From positions 1 through 45,022 of the forward strand of contig DASPHS010000039.1 of the NCBI GenBank assembly GCA_035629475.1: 45,022 nt of DNA, written 5' to 3'. This document shows, piece after piece, positions 1-8,763 of this stretch. The stretch comes from Candidatus Saccharimonadales bacterium. GTDB taxonomy: Bacteria > Patescibacteriota > Saccharimonadia > Saccharimonadales > UBA4665. The notes below the pieces were generated by a model, which saw only the letters and a program-made list of their open reading frames with translations, searched no databases and was not told the DNA's origin. A program made the position numbers and the translations under genes. The first letter of the stretch is position 1. Each line of letters begins with the position of its first letter.

Positions 1-140
1 GTGGACGCAAGGTTTTCATTTCTTTTATCAACCACCACCTTGCAAATATGCTGGTGCATACAGTGAACGCTGACGGGTATAAATAACCGCTAACGTAGAC
101 CTTGCCAGTATAGTAGAGGGCTGAATGTTAAGGAGTTGAG

Positions 141-434
141 GTGCTTGATAACACTCTATATAATGAAAGTACTATGGCAGTGCGTAAAGACAACGAAGCA
201 AACGGCGAAGCAAACTACACTATCAATAATGGTGATTTACGGGCGCTGAATCGGATAAAAGAGCAATACCACCTCACCGATAGCGATGATGTGCTGGTAT
301 TCGCCATTGGCCTGCTCAGCCAAAGCAACGGCCGTGCCGTGACTGTCGAAAAGGACGATGGTTCGTTTGTAAAGCTGCTTCCTGCCGATGAATTACGCCG
401 GTCAGAAGACGACCATGAATCAAGAACAGAATAA
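141..434 (+). CDS. hypothetical small acidic protein (97 aa)
   Basis: GTG start at 141 preceded by AAGGAG at 130-135; uninterrupted 97-codon frame; no motif recognised. Confidence 0.5.
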   Translation: MLDNTLYNESTMAVRKDNEANGEANYTINNGDLRALNRIKEQYHLTDSDDVLVFAIGLLSQSNGRAVTVEKDDGSFVKLLPADELRRSEDDHESRTE

Positions 435-771
435 CACCTCAAATCCTATCCCTGGTCCTCAAGACGACCAGTATAAGCGCGGCACTAAGGCTGTTGTGGA
501 TGATGCTATGCGCATGGACGTTCTGGGTCCAAAAGTTGTTACCGTTCTCCAAAAGTACACGCCAGCCGGCAACGAGCTTAAGGACCAGATGCTTAAGAAT
601 CTTAAGGACGAAGAAATTAAAGAAGCTATTGTGAAGATCGTTAGTGTTCAACAGGTTACTGATACCGGTAAAACCACTAACAAGTACAAAGCTCTTATAA
701 TCACGGGCATTATAGGTACGGCTGTCGGGGTGATCGTTACCTGGAGTGTCGGTAAGTTGTTGCAGCCATAG
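415..771 (+). CDS. hypothetical protein with C-terminal membrane anchor
   Basis: Frame open from ATG 388. The second ATG at 415 (MNQEQNN...) shortens the overlap with the upstream gene. C-terminal hydrophobic helix ALIITGIIGTAVGVIVTWSVGKLL. Start uncertain. Confidence 0.5.
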   Translation: MNQEQNNTSNPIPGPQDDQYKRGTKAVVDDAMRMDVLGPKVVTVLQKYTPAGNELKDQMLKNLKDEEIKEAIVKIVSVQQVTDTGKTTNKYKALIITGIIGTAVGVIVTWSVGKLLQP

Positions 772-1040
772 CTTTGTAGTCCTGGCTGATGAGAACGAAC
801 AAGCGGTGCGCCGAAGATATGCAGTACCAGCCAGGTAGTGTAACTATTACGAAAGCGGTGCTGTAAGGATTAATGATATGTAATTTATACGATGTTGATC
901 TCGGGGGCAAAATTCGGAAGATGATCTAAGGTATTAAGGTAACGTGGTGTCTGCTCTTTATCGCCACCAACCCCACAAGCGCGGACTCCTATAGTCTCGA
1001 TCCATTTGTGTTATGTGAGAGTAGTTACTAACCGTAACCC

Positions 1041-1069
1041 TTCTCAATACACATTTTTAATGGTATAAT
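1041..1069 (+). promoter_or_regulatory. sigma70-like promoter with extended -10
   Basis: TTCTCA (1041-1046), 17-nt spacer, TGgTATAAT (1061-1069). The -10 abuts ATG 1070, so ATG 1094 is the more plausible start. Confidence 0.35.
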
Positions 1070-1093
1070 ATGTACTTTAAACGGTGTACATAT

Positions 1094-1843
1094 ATGAAGC
1101 GCATCCATTTTGGGCTCACCACGTGGCAGAAGGCTATCCTTTGGATTGGCGTGTTGGTGTGCGTGTGGCGCTTTATGCAAGTGCCAGCTGTCTTTGACGC
1201 CGTGCTGAAATTTTATGCCGCTGGCCAGGTACCCGGGACCGATATTGTGCTGACGCCTGACGCCTCGTTGCGTATTATGCTGATCGGGCTATTGATGCTG
1301 GCGGCACTGATTGTGTACATCACAAAGGTGCGGTCCTATACGCGGAAATCCCGCACAGCGGCAGTATCGACTCCCGCCCTTGCAGTGCCTGAAGCTATTG
1401 AGCACGTAGCGGAGCCGGTAGCTCCTCCAGTGGTTGCTGCACCCAAACCGCCGCGTGGCCCACGATTCGTGCGTGCTCGTGCCTTTGCTGCTCGCTGCCG
1501 GGCGGCTGCGATTCGTCGGTATCGGGCCACTGTGGCCTTCCTGGCACCGCGTAGCGCACGACTGCGTGACCACACACGGCAGTATGTCCGGCGCACTGCC
1601 CGCGCCGTTGCCTCAGTTGCCCGCCGTACCTGGGTGATAGCACGGTTAGCCGCACATGATTTTTGGGTGTGGTTTACGCCGTATGCCCACCGGTTTGATG
1701 TATGGCTCCGGCATGCACTCAATAGCCGTGAACCAAGCGCCACACTGATTCAGTTCGGACGCGATATGTGGCGGATGGCGCAAGAAGCCTGGAAAAAGCT
1801 CGAAGACCTCAACCGCCGCGCACAAGCCCACGGCCGCGACTAG
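1094..1843 (+). CDS. membrane protein with two N-terminal TM helices and a long Arg/Ala-rich basic tail
   Basis: ORF 1070-1843, start moved to ATG 1094 (MKRIHFGL...). Hydrophobic segments AILWIGVLVCVW and IMLIGLLMLAALIVYI, then an R/A-rich C-terminal half. Antisense ORFs here are GC-rich artefacts. Confidence 0.55.
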   Translation: MKRIHFGLTTWQKAILWIGVLVCVWRFMQVPAVFDAVLKFYAAGQVPGTDIVLTPDASLRIMLIGLLMLAALIVYITKVRSYTRKSRTAAVSTPALAVPEAIEHVAEPVAPPVVAAPKPPRGPRFVRARAFAARCRAAAIRRYRATVAFLAPRSARLRDHTRQYVRRTARAVASVARRTWVIARLAAHDFWVWFTPYAHRFDVWLRHALNSREPSATLIQFGRDMWRMAQEAWKKLEDLNRRAQAHGRD

Positions 1844-3166
1844 CTATTTTTTCTTTGGCAGGCTGAGAGAGAACGTGGTACCGCGGTTTTCCTCGGATAT
1901 GAATGTTATCTTACCGCCGTGCTGTTCAAGTACGGTCTTTACGAGGTATAAGCCCAGCCCTGTTCCCTGTACTTTACTGGCAATAGCGTTGCTAGCACGG
2001 TAAAAGCCCTGGAGCACCTTGCCCTGCTCGGTGGGTGGAATGCCGATACCCTGATCCTTAATGAGGATACGGTGCATCTTGTCGTCGGTCTGGTAGGCTA
2101 CGGTGACGGCCGTGCCTTCGCGGGTGTATTTGATGGCATTGGATATCATGTTGTTTAGGACGCGCTTCATTTTGTCTGGGTCGCACATAATCATCAAGTC
2201 TGCGCTCATGGACTCATCAAGCTTTAATGCCACGTTCTTTTGCTCGGCACTGAGCTGCTGCGTTTCAAATACTTCCTGGATGAGTCCGGCGATGCGCGTT
2301 TCGGTCAGCTGCACCTTGCTGTTATTGATGGCATAGGTCAAGGCCAGAATATCATCGGCGCTTGCCTGCAAGCTCTCCGCGCTGTTGTGAGTGGCATGGA
2401 TATAGGGCATGGCTTTCTCGTCGCTGACTAATTTTTCCAAGCTCTCCGCACCCCATTTGATGCCAATAATCGGCGTCCGTAGTTCGTGGGAGGCTACTGA
2501 TACCAGTTCGGAGCGGAGGGCTAGCAATTGCAAGTTGCGCCGTCGCATCCATTCAAAGGTGCCAATAACTGCGACAATGCCCAGCCCGCCAAAGGCCGGT
2601 ACGAGGGCTGCGACGATGATATCGCGCCAGTAGGTATCGGCAGCTATGTCCAAACCGGCAACGGCGATTACCCTGTCACCCTGCTTGATGGGTGCCAAAC
2701 CTGAAATAAAGGTGCCAAACTTATCGCTCACCGGCCCCTCAACAACGGTGCCGCCAGTAGTAAACATACCCTTGAATTCTGGGGTCGGGTCTTCATAGGG
2801 TTCTGCAGCTGGTGAGTAGTCACGGCTATCGGGCTTCTCGGAATCAACATAAAAGAATACCTGGCCGTTCTTTTCTCCGGCCAGGTATATACTGCGGACG
2901 CCTTTGTTTGCTGCCTTGATTGCTGCCAGCTGCGTTTTGAGTGCTTTATATTCCTTTGTCTTGCTATCGGCTGATACGCCTTCGAGCTTGGAAATCTGCT
3001 GTGAGCCCACTGCAGCAGCAATGGTTTGACTCTGTACGCTCAACTGACTACGGATTTCGCTGCTTTTGCGATGACCCATAATAATAGCCAGGCTCATACT
3101 GCCCGCAAGGGCAATTGCTGCGAGCACGAGGGCAACAATCCGGCTTCTGTCTCTGTCTGTGGGCAT
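1844..3166 (-). CDS. sensor histidine kinase (TM, extracytoplasmic Cache-like domain, TM, HisKA, HATPase_c)
   Basis: H-box SHELRTPIIGI, N-box LNNMISNAIKYT, G1 IKDQGIGI, G2 GTGLGLYLV; two hydrophobic segments flank a roughly 170-aa sensor region. Confidence 0.85.
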   Translation of the reverse strand: MPTDRDRSRIVALVLAAIALAGSMSLAIIMGHRKSSEIRSQLSVQSQTIAAAVGSQQISKLEGVSADSKTKEYKALKTQLAAIKAANKGVRSIYLAGEKNGQVFFYVDSEKPDSRDYSPAAEPYEDPTPEFKGMFTTGGTVVEGPVSDKFGTFISGLAPIKQGDRVIAVAGLDIAADTYWRDIIVAALVPAFGGLGIVAVIGTFEWMRRRNLQLLALRSELVSVASHELRTPIIGIKWGAESLEKLVSDEKAMPYIHATHNSAESLQASADDILALTYAINNSKVQLTETRIAGLIQEVFETQQLSAEQKNVALKLDESMSADLMIMCDPDKMKRVLNNMISNAIKYTREGTAVTVAYQTDDKMHRILIKDQGIGIPPTEQGKVLQGFYRASNAIASKVQGTGLGLYLVKTVLEQHGGKITFISEENRGTTFSLSLPKKK

Positions 3167-3233
3167 AAAAGGCTATAACTGCAATTACGTTTATGCTTAG
3201 CATAGCCTTTTTATGCGCTGCGCGTCAAAGTAT

Positions 3234-4391
3234 TTAGTACCGTAAAATAGCAGCCAATCCCGTACCTTGAGGCATAGCATCCTGGTTTACCATAACGACC
3301 GACCCACTGGTGTTCTGTACAGCCAAGGCGATGCTGTTGAACGCGTCAGCCATCGTCCCTTCAGGGAACGTCAGGCGTTCGGCTGGCCGGATGTCGTCAC
3401 GTACCGTATCCCGAGTCATACGGCTCAAGCCAACGATGAGGGTGCCAACCCTGCCCTGATTGGCGGCATCACGAATGGTACTGTCATCGTGGGCGGTCCG
3501 AGCTGTGTTGGTGCCGAGCAAGCGTTGGTACTCTTCCATGGCCTGCAGATGTTTGGGCTCGATGATTTCGTCATGAATAATGGCCTGGGTTTGTTCAAAG
3601 AGCTCGTCCAGATTGGCGTGCTCCATGTTACCACTGAGCGTTCCTTGCAGGATGGTGGGGTATTTGCTGTGGGCGCGATACTCAACCGTTTCAGCGTCGA
3701 TACCGGCCAGGATAAGTGGCAGCGAGCGGTCTGCCTTGTTCATGAGGATATTGTCGATCATCCTGAAAAAGCGGGCCCGGTCCTCTTCTTGCGGGTTACG
3801 TGCGCCACCCCGCCCATTAAAGCCGGAGGTATTGAATGAGGAGCCACCGGCAGATAGCGACTGCTCACTCTTCTGATTGTTCTCGTCAATGTTCAGACCC
3901 TCCTGGACGCTCGCCGGCAGGGTGATGGCGGTGGGCTGCAAGCCGTACATATCGGCTTTAAAAAGTTTAGGGTTATGTTGGGCGACAGTCAGCAAATAAT
4001 ATTCCTGGGCATCGTGCAGCAATCCCAGTATCGGCGCCAGGTAGAAGCTGTCACTGACACTTACGTGCTCCTCGGTGTCCATGGGCAGGTGGAATAGCTG
4101 AAAGGTGTCGGCGTTGGCGCAAATCAGTAATCCCCGGGTGGTCGTTTCCCAGAAGGCCAGGTCATCCATCAGTTCCTCCTGCTTTTGGCGCAGCTCCTTA
4201 GCCAATGCGTCGTTACCCTGCTCTTGTAGCTGTTCGGCGGCGGCATGGGTCAGGTTTTTGAGGCGCAATTGGTTTTCGGATACGTGCGGTGGTGATGCTG
4301 AAGTATGGGTAGGAATGTACATAGTGACCGCGGGTCCGTTGTGCTCCATTGCCAATAAATCGGCGATGGCTTGATTGGTAATTTTCTTCAT
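3234..4391 (-). CDS. baeRF-like protein (bacterial archaeo-eukaryotic release-factor-fold family)
   Basis: N-terminal pattern VTMYIPTH...NQLRLKNL...FWE...GLLI...LP...VSVSDSFYLAPILGLL. Central GRGGARNPQEEDRARFFRMID. C-terminal GRVGTLIV ... AAILRY. This matches my memory of baeRF-family proteins; not verified by search. Confidence 0.5.
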   Translation of the reverse strand: MKKITNQAIADLLAMEHNGPAVTMYIPTHTSASPPHVSENQLRLKNLTHAAAEQLQEQGNDALAKELRQKQEELMDDLAFWETTTRGLLICANADTFQLFHLPMDTEEHVSVSDSFYLAPILGLLHDAQEYYLLTVAQHNPKLFKADMYGLQPTAITLPASVQEGLNIDENNQKSEQSLSAGGSSFNTSGFNGRGGARNPQEEDRARFFRMIDNILMNKADRSLPLILAGIDAETVEYRAHSKYPTILQGTLSGNMEHANLDELFEQTQAIIHDEIIEPKHLQAMEEYQRLLGTNTARTAHDDSTIRDAANQGRVGTLIVGLSRMTRDTVRDDIRPAERLTFPEGTMADAFNSIALAVQNTSGSVVMVNQDAMPQGTGLAAILRY

Positions 4392-4495
4392 ATAGTGCCT
4401 CCGTATTTAGGTAGTGCATTTCTCATAGTAGAAGAAGTTGCTGTATCGTGTCGTAAGCTATCTAACAGGCGGGCTCCGTCGTACTATGATTAGGT

Positions 4496-6166
4496 ATGAC
4501 TATGAAACAACCACCATCCAACCAAGTATCCGCATCCCCTACTAGCCACCGTTGGTCAGACGGGGCTATCGTGTATCAAATTTATCCGCGCAGTTTGCAG
4601 GATAGTAACGGCGACGGTGTCGGCGACCTGCAAGGGATTATCCAACGACTGGATTACCTGCAGACGTTAGGGGTGAATGCGCTCTGGCTCTCCCCTTTCT
4701 ACCCCTCACCAATGGTTGATTTTGGGTATGACATCGCTGATTATTGTGCGGTCGACCCTCTGTTCGGTACGCTCGATGATTTTCGCGCGCTGCTGGCTGC
4801 AGCCCATGCACGTGACATTAAAGTGATGGTTGATCTGGTGGTGAACCATACGTCTGATGACCATGCCTGGTTCCAGGAGTCATGCACCTCACGGGACAAC
4901 CCCAAGGCAGATTGGTATATTTGGAAAGATGGTTCTGTCGACGCCGAAACAGGCATGCGAACGCCGCCCAACAACTGGCGCGATGCCCTGGTGGGTGCTT
5001 CGGCATGGGAATGGGACGAGACCAGGCAGCAGTATTATATGCATAGTTGGCACAAGCGCCAGCCGGACCTGAACTGGGCCAACAAGCAGGTTCGTGAAGC
5101 CGTTAAGGACGTTATGCGCTTCTGGCTTGATATGGGTGTTGATGGCTTCCGCGCAGATGCTGTCGACTGGATGGCCAAGGACCCGATGTTTCGTGACGAT
5201 AGCCCCAATCCCGACTACCTGGAAGGTGATGATTCGCCCTATGACGCCCTCATGCATAACAATAGCCGCGGCTGGCCAACAGAATATGCATATCTGGCGG
5301 CAATGACCGGTGTCTTCGAAGAGCCGGCATACCGTGACCAGCACAAGTTTATGGTGGCCGAAACCTATCAGGAGCGCCACAATCCCGCCGACGCCTATGT
5401 TGCTTTTTATGGAGGCATCGACCCCGAACTGGCCGCCCCCTTTAACTTTGAGGGACTGTATCTGGGCTGGGATGCTGCCAAGTGGCACCGTTTCCTGCGG
5501 GCCTTTCATGGCGGCTTGAGGAATATTAGCCGCTACTGTATACCGAGCTACGCCTTCGGCAATCATGATAATCCCCGCATGGTCTCACGGTTGGGTGAGG
5601 CCGCTGCCCGCAGCGCAGCGCTGATGCAGCTGACCCTGCCCGGTATGATCTTTATTTACTATGGCGAAGAAATCGGTATGCGCAGCTACGACTTGCCTCG
5701 GGAAGTCATGCAGGATGTCTACTATAAAAGCCGTGATCCGGAACGAACGCCCATGCAGTGGGACGCCACACTAAACGCTGGCTTTTCGGAGGCTGCTTCG
5801 ACCTGGTTGCCGGTTGCGCCGGATTATGCCACGAACAACGTTGCTGCGCAGCAAACCGATCCACATTCTTTCCTGGCACTCTATCGCCAGCTAACGGCAT
5901 TGCGTAATGGTTCGGCGGCACTGCGTCATGGCAGCATAGAACTGCTCGACCTTGATACGTCAGACGTTCTGGGCTACCTACGAAAGGACGCCTCCGGAGA
6001 GGCGTACCTTGTCTTAATTAATTTCTCGAATGATTCAGCGGTTTGTGATCCTGGCCTGGCGGTAGGAGAGTTCTTGCTCTCGAGTGATCCCCAGACTCAG
6101 CTGGCGCATGTTACCGAGGGCGGCATCCAGCTGCTTCCGCATGAGGGTGCCCTGTTTCGTCAGTAG
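4496..6166 (+). CDS. GH13 alpha-glucosidase / oligo-1,6-glucosidase-like enzyme
   Basis: IVYQIYPRSLQDSNGDGVGDLQGI, plus GH13 regions I DLVVNHTS, II GVDGFRADAV, III MVAETY and IV FGNHDNPR. Confidence 0.9.
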   Translation: MTMKQPPSNQVSASPTSHRWSDGAIVYQIYPRSLQDSNGDGVGDLQGIIQRLDYLQTLGVNALWLSPFYPSPMVDFGYDIADYCAVDPLFGTLDDFRALLAAAHARDIKVMVDLVVNHTSDDHAWFQESCTSRDNPKADWYIWKDGSVDAETGMRTPPNNWRDALVGASAWEWDETRQQYYMHSWHKRQPDLNWANKQVREAVKDVMRFWLDMGVDGFRADAVDWMAKDPMFRDDSPNPDYLEGDDSPYDALMHNNSRGWPTEYAYLAAMTGVFEEPAYRDQHKFMVAETYQERHNPADAYVAFYGGIDPELAAPFNFEGLYLGWDAAKWHRFLRAFHGGLRNISRYCIPSYAFGNHDNPRMVSRLGEAAARSAALMQLTLPGMIFIYYGEEIGMRSYDLPREVMQDVYYKSRDPERTPMQWDATLNAGFSEAASTWLPVAPDYATNNVAAQQTDPHSFLALYRQLTALRNGSAALRHGSIELLDLDTSDVLGYLRKDASGEAYLVLINFSNDSAVCDPGLAVGEFLLSSDPQTQLAHVTEGGIQLLPHEGALFRQ

Positions 6167-7204
6167 TGGCTTGCGCTGTTCATCCTGCAGCTTATGCTGG
6201 GCCATGATGGTCAGCAGCGAATCAACTGAGGACTGCACCGTAAATTTGGTGCTGGCAAAGGCACGTTCGGCTTTGGTCAGTGGACCAAGCTTGCCAGCCT
6301 TGGCTACGCCGCTTGCCAGTGCGCTTGGATCATCGGGTTTGACCAGTAAGAGGCCACCACAGTCGGTTTCGGGAATACCGCCACCGTTCGAGGCGACAAC
6401 CCGGCAGCCAGCGTGCTGTGCTTCTACTGATACGATACCGAATATTTCCTGCCAGAAGGTATTGGTTGATGGCATAACCACGATATCGTGCTCGGCCATG
6501 AGCTCTGCCATCTGCTGCGGTGACTTGCGGGAAGGGATAACGTTTACCTGTGGATGGGCTTTCAGTAATTCGTAAATCACCTGGCCATCGTCCGTGTCAC
6601 GTGCAGCGTCGGTAACGGTCAGCTCGACGTCGCCCATGTTCTTCCAACTATCCATATGCATTGCGGCCAGGAGCGTATAAATACCCTTGTCCGGCAGGAG
6701 TCGTCCGGCAAACAGAATGCGGGTCTTACTGTTTTGCGGTTTTGCCGGGCGTTCTACTTTGCTAAAGCAGGTTTCAGCAAATGGATAAGCAGTTGGGATG
6801 CGGGAGGGACGAACGTGGAGGGTGCGGCCCCATGACTGTGCGGCAAAGCGGCTGGGGGTAATGATGTACTTGCCAGGAATGGCGTTCATATCAAGTGCGG
6901 GGTACAAGCGGTCTTTGGGACAATGCAAAATAGCGTATGAAGGGTGCTTGGTGGGAACGTCGAGCGGATAGGTTACAAATACTAACGTATCATCCAGCCC
7001 ACTTAATTCTTCTTTGGATTCAAGCGCTTTGAACTGAATGTCAGGAAAGTCACCACGGCCGTCCTGTTCACCATGGCCTAGCGTTAAAACACGCGTGGGG
7101 ATGCCGCGGCGTTTTAATTCGCGTATTTGACCAGCGGTATAATTTTCAGAACCGCCTCGCCCAGCCAAGAAAGGCTGTTTCCCGGACCAGACAAAAGATA
7201 TCAT
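6035..7204 (-). CDS. GT4-family glycosyltransferase
   Basis: GT-B C-terminal signature EIFGIVSVEAQHAGCRVVASNGGGIPE. Start placed at ATG 7204 (MISFVW), which has AGGAGG 9 nt upstream. The 3' end overlaps the convergent GH13 gene. Confidence 0.8.
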   Translation of the reverse strand: MISFVWSGKQPFLAGRGGSENYTAGQIRELKRRGIPTRVLTLGHGEQDGRGDFPDIQFKALESKEELSGLDDTLVFVTYPLDVPTKHPSYAILHCPKDRLYPALDMNAIPGKYIITPSRFAAQSWGRTLHVRPSRIPTAYPFAETCFSKVERPAKPQNSKTRILFAGRLLPDKGIYTLLAAMHMDSWKNMGDVELTVTDAARDTDDGQVIYELLKAHPQVNVIPSRKSPQQMAELMAEHDIVVMPSTNTFWQEIFGIVSVEAQHAGCRVVASNGGGIPETDCGGLLLVKPDDPSALASGVAKAGKLGPLTKAERAFASTKFTVQSSVDSLLTIMAQHKLQDEQRKPLLTKQGTLMRKQLDAALGNMRQLSLGITREQELSYRQARITNR

Positions 7205-7369
7205 CTTTGAGTTTCCTCCTAAATAAAATAGATATCTCAATAGTAAAGGGCTCTCGTTTTTGCTGCTGTTAAATAATTAGCACCATTTTACTGATAACAG
7301 GGGTAAAAAAGTAATTAAAATTGCTGTTAAAGTTCCGAAAAATGCACGTATCCTGCTTATTTCACGCTG

Positions 7370-8299
7370 TTATTGCTTGAGATGCCGCGCCAAAAAGGCG
7401 GTAATGCTGCCACGCACATTACCCAAATTGGGCGTGAGGGGCTGCCCGTCAGTAATGCTCAGGCCATGGCCACCATTACGCACTACCAGTAGCTCGGATG
7501 AGACCCCCACTTGCTGTAGCTGGGCGTGGAGTAGCTGGGATTGCTCCAGGGGTACTGTTTTGTCGGCGTCACCGTGGACTATCAGAAATGGCGGATCATC
7601 CTGGGTGGCGTAGGTGCCAGCACTGGCTGCTGTAGGATCGGCTGTACCCAAAAAGTTTTTGGCCATTCTTGTGGCAGAAGCACTCGCGGTCGTGCCCACG
7701 AAGGTTGTCGGCCCGAACAGGTCCACGACAGCCTGCACATCATCCGATTCAGCTGCGTATTCAGCTGTCTTGAAAGTAGTATTGTTGCCGCTGGTGCCCG
7801 CCAGGGCTGCCAGGTAACCGCCGGCGCTCTCTCCCAGGATGCCGACACGTGCCGCATCAATCTGGTACTTATCGGCATTGGCACGCAAAAAGCGAATGGC
7901 ACACTTGGTGTCCTCTATTTGTGACGGAAACGTATATTCGGGCACGAGACGGTAATTAATGGATGCGACCACGTATCCCAACCGGGCAACCTCACTAATA
8001 TAGTCGGTGGCAACAGCCGATTCCTTGGAGCCAGCGTACCAGCCACCACCGTGAACGTATACCAGCAGCGGATACTGCTTGGTGGAGTCAGGAATGTGCA
8101 AGTCCAGTTTTTGGGCCATGCCGCCGGGGCTACAGTACGTAATGTCCCGTTCCGAACGGTAGGTAGTGGTGAGCGGCGTCTCCAGCTTGACCGATACCTC
8201 TGTATCAGCAAGCTGCTGGTAGATTGCCCAGCCAATGCCGCCCATAAGACCCAGGGTGGCAATGATAGCAAAAACAGTGAGTAGGATACCTTTGCGCAT
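7370..8299 (-). CDS. membrane-anchored alpha/beta hydrolase (esterase/lipase-like)
   Basis: HGGGW oxyanion motif, GESAGG nucleophile elbow, HGDADKTV; N-terminal TM helix. Confidence 0.85.
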   Translation of the reverse strand: MRKGILLTVFAIIATLGLMGGIGWAIYQQLADTEVSVKLETPLTTTYRSERDITYCSPGGMAQKLDLHIPDSTKQYPLLVYVHGGGWYAGSKESAVATDYISEVARLGYVVASINYRLVPEYTFPSQIEDTKCAIRFLRANADKYQIDAARVGILGESAGGYLAALAGTSGNNTTFKTAEYAAESDDVQAVVDLFGPTTFVGTTASASATRMAKNFLGTADPTAASAGTYATQDDPPFLIVHGDADKTVPLEQSQLLHAQLQQVGVSSELLVVRNGGHGLSITDGQPLTPNLGNVRGSITAFLARHLKQ

Positions 8300-8343
8300 A
8301 GCCCTGTTATTGTACCTGATTCGCGATATAAACGCTGAGATCT

Positions 8344-8368
8344 AAAAAACCGCCCAGGACCGGACGGT
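8344..8368 (-). terminator. intrinsic terminator downstream of tRNA-Asn
   Basis: The minus strand reads ACCGUCCGGUCCUGGGCGGU followed by UUUUUU (imperfect 7-bp stem plus U tract). Confidence 0.6.
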
Positions 8369-8395
8369 TAGTGTAATACTTGATGGGCAATTCTC

Positions 8396-8718
8396 TGGCT
8401 CCGGGGACTGGATTCGAACCAGCGACCTAGTGGTTACACTTATCTCCTACTTTCGTAGGGGCGTGGACTATATCATCACCCTTCTCCTTTCGGAGTGAGG
8501 GGCAAGGCGCTTCCCATCTTGCAAAACAGCTGCAAAACAGTACTTCCGTAAGGAATAGTCTCTGAACCTTCTCGTACTTGTCGTGTGGACGAGCTTGGCT
8601 GCGGATTAGCATATTCAAACGAACGTAGCTTTCCCGCAATTCACCTTGTTTTCACTAAGCAGTTTCTCACTTAGGCTGCCATTGACAGCCACCCGCTCTA
8701 CCGCTGAGCTACCCCGGA
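8396..8718 (-). tRNA. tRNA-Asn(GUU) interrupted by a group I intron in the anticodon loop; CCA encoded
   Basis: Exons 8718-8685 and 8436-8396 join into a 75-nt cloverleaf: UCCGGGG UA GCUC AGCGGUA GAGC G GGUGG CUGUUAA CCACU AGGUC GCUGG UUCGAAU CCAGU CCCCGGA G CCA. U1-A72 and G73 as in E. coli tRNA-Asn. Confidence 0.85.
8437..8684 (-). ncRNA. group I self-splicing intron, 248 nt, no ORF
   Basis: Core elements in order: P GAAUUGCGGGAAAG (8642-8629), Q AAUCCGCAGC (8607-8598), R GUUCAGAGACUA (8567-8556), S GAUAUAGUCC (8474-8465). P/Q and R/S are complementary. P1 pairs exon GGCUGU with intron GCAGCC, giving a U.G wobble at the splice site. The terminal nucleotide is G. Confidence 0.85.
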
Positions 8719-8763
8719 ATATGCCACAGGTTATGACAACTGTATATGGCGCATTGCTGCGTT

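Noticed and set aside
785-792. CTGATGAG, identical to the hammerhead ribozyme core box
   Set aside because: No stem II closing onto a GAAA box, and no matching stems I and III or cleavage triplet. The following C-GAAG does not fit the conserved core.
1336-1743. Several overlapping ORFs (135, 94, 86 and 67 aa) on both strands within 1289-1743
   Set aside because: They are a consequence of the GC-rich, Arg/Ala-coding tail of the plus-strand membrane protein. None has an independent start context.
8396-8718. Possible tmRNA (ssrA), because of the tRNA-like 3' end (GGTTCGAATCC...CCA) next to smpB
   Set aside because: The 5' part has a full D arm and anticodon stem. The acceptor stem is U1-A72 without G3:U70, and there is no tag ORF. 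The internal 248 nt carry the P, Q, R and S core of a group I intron. The locus is an intron-containing tRNA-Asn.
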